From NCBI RefSeq assembly GCF_009914755.1, contig NC_060925.1: a stretch of DNA of 64,000 nt; one strand, 5' to 3'. Positions 58,401-64,000 of this stretch are shown in pieces. Made by a program: the position numbers and the translations under genes. Source of the stretch: the human T2T-CHM13v2.0 reference genome, Homo sapiens. How positions within the stretch are numbered: position 1 is the stretch's first letter; each line of letters begins with the position of its first letter. A model generated the notes under the pieces. It worked only from the letters and a program-made list of their open reading frames with translations. It did not search any database and was not told the DNA's origin.

Positions 58401-61400
58401 CTCACCCCCTTCTCGGGCAGAAGGGCAGCTGATTGAAAGCAGATGTCTCGCCCTGGTGGGGCCCAGCCCGGCTCCCCAGTGCTGACCTCAGACCTGCACC
58501 GCTGGCATGTCCAGGCCGCAGACTCTCTGTCAGCAAAGCCGCATCCGTCCTGCAGAGAGACGATCACTGTGGTTGCCCACACCCCCAACCCAGCAATTTC
58601 CCTACCACGGTGAGAAACCTCCCGTATTCTGGGGCTGGGGCCCAGCCTCCTCCTTCCAATTGCCTGGGGGAGGGAGAGACACCAATTAGGTTCTTGGAAA
58701 GGAACTAGGTTAGAAGAGGTATCTGTCACCCCTGCCCAGTTCCTCGGCACACCTGCACCAGCACAGCGCCAAAGGAGGCCACCATTATCCTATTCAGCAT
58801 GTCCTTGGCTCTGGGCTAAGTGCTTTATGTCTTCCCATTTAACCTTCACAAACAGCTCCATGAGGCCCAACCGTTAAGGCAGTGTGTGACTGAGGCTCAG
58901 AGAGGACACCTTGTCACACGGCTGGTAGGTGCAGAGCTGGGATCTGAGCCCAGGTCATCAGGTCTGAAGTCTGTGACCCCAGTGGTCCTCTGCAGGGGGC
59001 ACTGGCTGTTGCTCCTGTGCCTCTCAGACACTCCATGTGCCTGTTGCACCTGAGGAAGCCCAGGTCAGCTCCAGGCTGCTCGTGCCTCCAGGGACCTGCG
59101 TCTTGGCATAGGGCAGCAACATGGGCCCAGAGAGTGCTGGTGCGGCCTCTAGGTGGTGGCCTGGGCTCTGGACATTGTCAAGGGCAGTATGCTTGCTGTT
59201 GAATCAGTTTGGACCATGCCCAGGGGTCTCTTCGCAGAGGGAGTTACCATTTTAATTTTTGCCTTTGAACACCCCTGGGAACCACCCCCCATGCACCTGC
59301 CCTTTTGGGGCTGCTACGTCCATGAGGCCTCTGCTCCCCGGCCCCCACCATGCACCTGGAGGCATTCAGCAGGCTCCACAGGTTTCCCAGAGATGCCTCT
59401 GGTGTCCTGCAGCAACCCTAGTGGCCACTTCCCTCACTACCCCTTACTCTCAGGCCACCCTAGAACAGTACTCTCTTTCCTCTGCTCCTACAAGGCTGCT
59501 CCCAGCCCATCTGCAGACCTATCTGCCTCACCCCTGGCCGTTTCCCTGGTCTACTTCCTCTTCTCTGCCCATCCCAGCATCTCTGCCTGATCCCACCCCC
59601 TCAGAGAGATCATTTTGCTCTCAGTCAGTCAGCAAGCATTTACTGAGCTGTAGAGATATCCTGGCTGAGAGCTCAGGCTCTGAAGCCTGACGCCTGGGGC
59701 TACAGAAATGAAACCCTCCCGTCCCCTGCTCACCTCTGGTGCACCTGGAGCATAAAGAGAAAAGGCAAAGGCTCCACCGCTGGATGCTGGCTTCACTTTG
59801 GCTTCTCCCTGCTGCCTAGTTACTGAGAAGAAAAAAAATACGGCAGGAAGCCCCATATAGACCATTTTTTCCCTCTGTTCTGTGCAAGAGTTACCTTGGT
59901 AGTCTTCAGGTGACTCAGCACTGGGGTTTACTATGGAGGGTGGGTCTGGGGGTGGCGAAGGGGAGCAGCTTTCTGGGGACTTTCAGACACAGGAGTAAGG
60001 AGGCCATTTGTGTTTTGGGGTCTGTAAAGAAGGAGCCCCAACCCCAGTGTGGATCCTGGGGAAGGAAAAGGGACTCAGACTCTGACCGCAAGGGGTGGAC
60101 CTGAAGCCCCAGCAAACTGTCAGCCATCCTCTGCCATCCTTGAAGTCAGCCCCCAGAAGATGCATGTGGCCTGTGTGGTGCTCTGGTTGGCACAGGACAC
60201 TCAGCCTTCTGACCACGTGGGAGCAGTTATCCACAGGTGCCACCTCAGTGGGAACGGGTCAGCGTCCTGGTTCTCCTGGCCAAGGTGCAGAAGTTGGAGC
60301 CTCTACCTCCCCCTCCACTTTTTGAGTACATGAGACCTGGAGGTTCTTGGGCAATTTGAAAGGAGAGGAAGATTCCAGAGGAAGGTATGTTTTTCTTTCA
60401 AGTATAGTAAATTAGGTCTGGATGGTTTTAATTGAAATTATACAAATCGAAGAAATGCAATAGTATTTGTACCTCCAATATCTGCTATCACTCAGTGGTC
60501 ACAAAAACATCAGTTCCTATTTATCAAAAGCTTATGGTATGCCAGGTCTCCCATTTACATTGTTTTATTTAATCTTCAGGACAAGGTAGGTACTTTCTGT
60601 CACCATTTTACAGATGAGAAAACTGAGGCTCTCTACAGAGAGGTTAACTAACTTTCCCAAAGTCACACAGATAGCAAAGCTGTGGATTGGGCTTATAACC
60701 CACATGTCTTTCACTCCAAAGTCCTTCGACCACAAGGTCCACTCTATTGCTCTGTCTGGGGGTTCTCTGAATCTGTGGGGACCCCAGAAGATATGGACCT
60801 GCAGGGAGAAGCCATGGGATCTGGAGGCCCAAGGCCTAAGGAGACCGTGGGGCCTCCTTCAGGTAACTGTCTTCGGCAGCAGCTGCATCCCATTACACTG
60901 TGGACAGCAGTCTTTAGAAAGCCACCTTCTCCTGGGCTGCAAAGGAACAGGGTGACCACAGCCTATGAACCCTTGGGGCCCCTTGAGTTCCCACTGCCTG
61001 CCCGGCAGGGTTTCACAAACGCATTGACATTGATGTTGACAGGGCAGCCTGTGTGGAGGGTGCAGGAAGCCCAGAGGCCTGTGGCTGCCAGCATTGCTCA
61101 GAGTTTCCGCTGAGCTCTTCCTGCAGGGCCCTCCTCAGGGCTCTGCTAGCCAGCGCCCCCTGTCTTGAGGCCTTCGTGGACCCCAGCTGGCTCTGAGACA
61201 AGCTCAACTGACTCCAGGGCCTCTGAAGGGCTAGGAAGGCCCCATTTTCTGGGTGCCGAGCCTTGGGTTAGCTTCAGAGGCCCTGGTGATAGCCTCAGGA
61301 TATCTGAAGGTTTCTTAGGACCAACGCCACCAGGTGGGACAGAGGCAGTGCTACTTCCAGTCAGAAGATCCAAGTTCCACTCTCAGATCCAACACTCGCT

Positions 61401-64000
61401 GGTTCTGCAACCTCAGGCGGGTGTCTTTCCCTCACCGAATTCCCTCCCCTATCTACCTCACAGGGCTGTTTAAAACCCTTGGCAACAGGAAAACACTCGG
61501 CCAGTATTGGTGGCCCTAGTAAGGCTGTGGGCTGACTGTGGGCCTGCCCCTGATTGGTCTTCTCACCTGGAAACTCAGCGAAGAGGCTGGACTTATGGGT
61601 TCCAGAAGAGGGGCAGGGCATTCCAGGAGGAGAGAGGGCTGAGCCCAGGCACAGAGTTCAGAACACACAGGAAAGAATTGAGCTCTGTGCCAGAAACTGT
61701 TCTAAGCATTTTACACATAATAACTCATTTACCTCTCTCATCGTTCCCATGAGGTAGGCATTACTTCACCCCATTTTACAGATGAGGCAATGGAGGCACA
61801 GAGGGGTAAAGTAACTTGCTCAAGATCCCATCGCTAGAAGTGGGGAGCCAAGATTTGGACCTGGGCAGTCTGGGAGGAGACCACCAGTGGAGGCAGCGGT
61901 GGTGGGACTGGAAAGGTTGGGAGAAACGCCAGGGACTGGGCCGCATCTGCCCTGCTCACTGCTGCAAGGCCAGCGCCCAGAGCAGTGCTTAGCACATAGT
62001 AGGTGTTCTTAGCCTGTTCCTGATACATGAGCTCCGCAGGTGTGGCTACCTTGCTTGTCTGGGGACGCTGACATTTCACACAACACAGAGAGGATGGGGT
62101 TGCTGCCTCTGCCTTTGGGCTGAGATTCAGCCCTTTTCAGTGGGGCTATTGGACCCCTACAGCGGGAGGGCCCCTTGTAGGAAGGCAGAAATTTAAAATC
62201 GTTCCTTAATCTCCCTTTGGCCCCCTCCTGTTAGGGCCAGCCTCGCCTCCTGTACCTCCCTGGGGAGTGTTTTTAGCTCCCAGAACTTGGGATCCAGGTG
62301 GGCTGGGGGGCTGGGGGAATGCAGACAAACGGAGAAGCATGTTCGCTGCCGGCAGAGGCTGCTGAGAGACCAGCCTGTTTGCATGGCTGGAGCGCTGGGG
62401 GCTGGTGAGAAAGGAAGCTTCCTACTCTGCAGCACTCAGACCCCACTAGGAATGTGGCTTGGGGCCAGGATCCCTCTGGGCAAGAAAGGATGACTCAGCA
62501 GAAACAGCGTCCTGGCCCCACAGGACAACTGGAGCCGCTGCCCTGGGGGCTGGTACCAAGTGGCAGAGCTGCTGAATTAATGACCCCTCCACCTCAGCTT
62601 CATCTCCACCCTCCTACACCTCATCCCCCACTCCCACTCTCCCAGGCCTCCTTTAGAAGCCGTTCTCTGGGCTGGGGTTTTAAGACTCTCAGAGTGGCAA
62701 GACCTGGCCCCCTCCAGAAACTTTCAGACGGAATTGGGAGGCGCCCCGAGGCTGGAATTGATAACTGGCGAGGGGAGGCAGCCAGCCTTCGAGGACCCCC
62801 GGGCCTGCCAAGGGAGTCCAGCATGGAGTGAGGGGTGCATGGGGCAGTGGCGGGAGCTGGCCTGGGCGGGGGCCTGGGGAATTCCAGCCCAGGAGAGCCA
62901 ACTGGAAGCACATGTGTTTAGATGGGCACGGAACCCATAAAGCTGCTTCTTCCAGCCCAGCTTCCCAAGGATTAAAGATCTCAGGAATCCTGGGAAATCT
63001 GTCTCCTTGTCACCAGAGGCCCCTCAGGACACAGGCTCCCGCCCCACTTGCACCTCAGGTCCTGAGCAGAAGTGGATGATGATGGTCGTGGTGAAAATGT
63101 GGATCTTGTGAGAGTCGGGGTGCAGCTGCTAGCGTTGTTTCCCACACATCCTGCTGACCGCTGTTACCTGTTTAATCCCAGGTGTTCCCCAGGGCAGCCT
63201 TATCAGGTGGATAGGTACCAGTATTACCCTCATTTTCTGCAGAGGAAACTGCCTTGCAGGAAGGTAAGTAGCTTGTCCAAGTTCACTCTGGTTGTGGCAG
63301 AATACATTTCCAAGGCTGGGATCTTAAATGCTCTGCTTGATCCTCTACCCCTTGGAGGAAGGAAAAAGGGTAGAGTTCCTGTGGCTCTGTCCCCTCCCCT
63401 GGGTGCCACGCAGTGACTGAGGGTCACCAGGGTCAGCCCATGGAAACGCTGACCCTTTCTAGGAGGAGTTGCAACATCCAGCAGTTTCCTGCGCAACTAT
63501 CATAGGGGGCTTGGGTCTGGTGAGCAGTGAAGATCCTGAGATTTGGGGCTAGAAGACATGAGCCTGTCTCCTGACTTACTAGCTGTGTGACTTTGACGCT
63601 TAGCTTTGTCTCCCTGGACCTTGGTTCCCTCACCTATAAAATGGGAGAGAAGAATACAAAAATTTTCTCTCCGTGACCTGCCCCAGGGAGATCAAATGTA
63701 GACCCTAAGTCCGCTGCAGCCAGGGGGCCTAAGCAGACGGAAAGCAGTGGTGGGTGGCGAGGGTTGAGAGGGGAGGAGATCAGGGACAGGGGGCAGGAAG
63801 GGAGTGTCGGGGGCTGGTATCACACTACTAGGCTCCCAGGTCTGGAGAGAGGCCAGCAGAGATCAGGATTTCCTTTCATAACAGATTATGGAACAGCTAC
63901 TTTGCACTAATCTATCTGCCTGATAGAGATCATCTGGGGATGACCCAGCAGCCTTTGGTGAAGACACAGAACAGAATGGCTGCATCTTCCCAGGAAAATC

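Noticed and set aside
61879-61897. CTCF-like ccaccagtggaggcagc
   Set aside because: The spacing does not fit the core motif.

Overview
This is primate genomic DNA, almost certainly human chr1p13.3. It holds two complete minus-strand protein-coding genes, which I reconstructed exon by exon from GT-AG junctions: GSTM3 (8 coding exons, 225 aa, CDS 7216-10432) and EPS8L3 (18 coding exons plus a non-coding first exon, 593/594 aa, CDS 20535-31890). Between them lies a full-length but dead L1PA3/PA4-type LINE-1 (12872-19085, 18-bp TSD). The rest is repeat-rich: ERV1, ERVK and MaLR LTRs, an HML-2 LTR5B solo LTR, a complete MLT1A-type provirus, Alus, and L2/MIR relics. After about 34.1 kb I see no protein-coding gene. 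There is no prokaryotic-type system, CRISPR array or structural RNA gene. The most notable unexplained structures are: (1) a MADE1-like tag between two poly(A) tracts of the L1, probably a 3' transduction; (2) a complete set of splice and poly(A) signals for an L1 antisense-promoter transcript running into the 3' end of EPS8L3; (3) a 96%-identical 120-bp inverted duplication of old L2-like DNA with a perfect hairpin at its junction; (4) two old local duplications sitting on splice-relevant sites of GSTM3 and EPS8L3. Repeat subfamily names and known-variant calls come from recalled consensus or reference sequences, not from a search.
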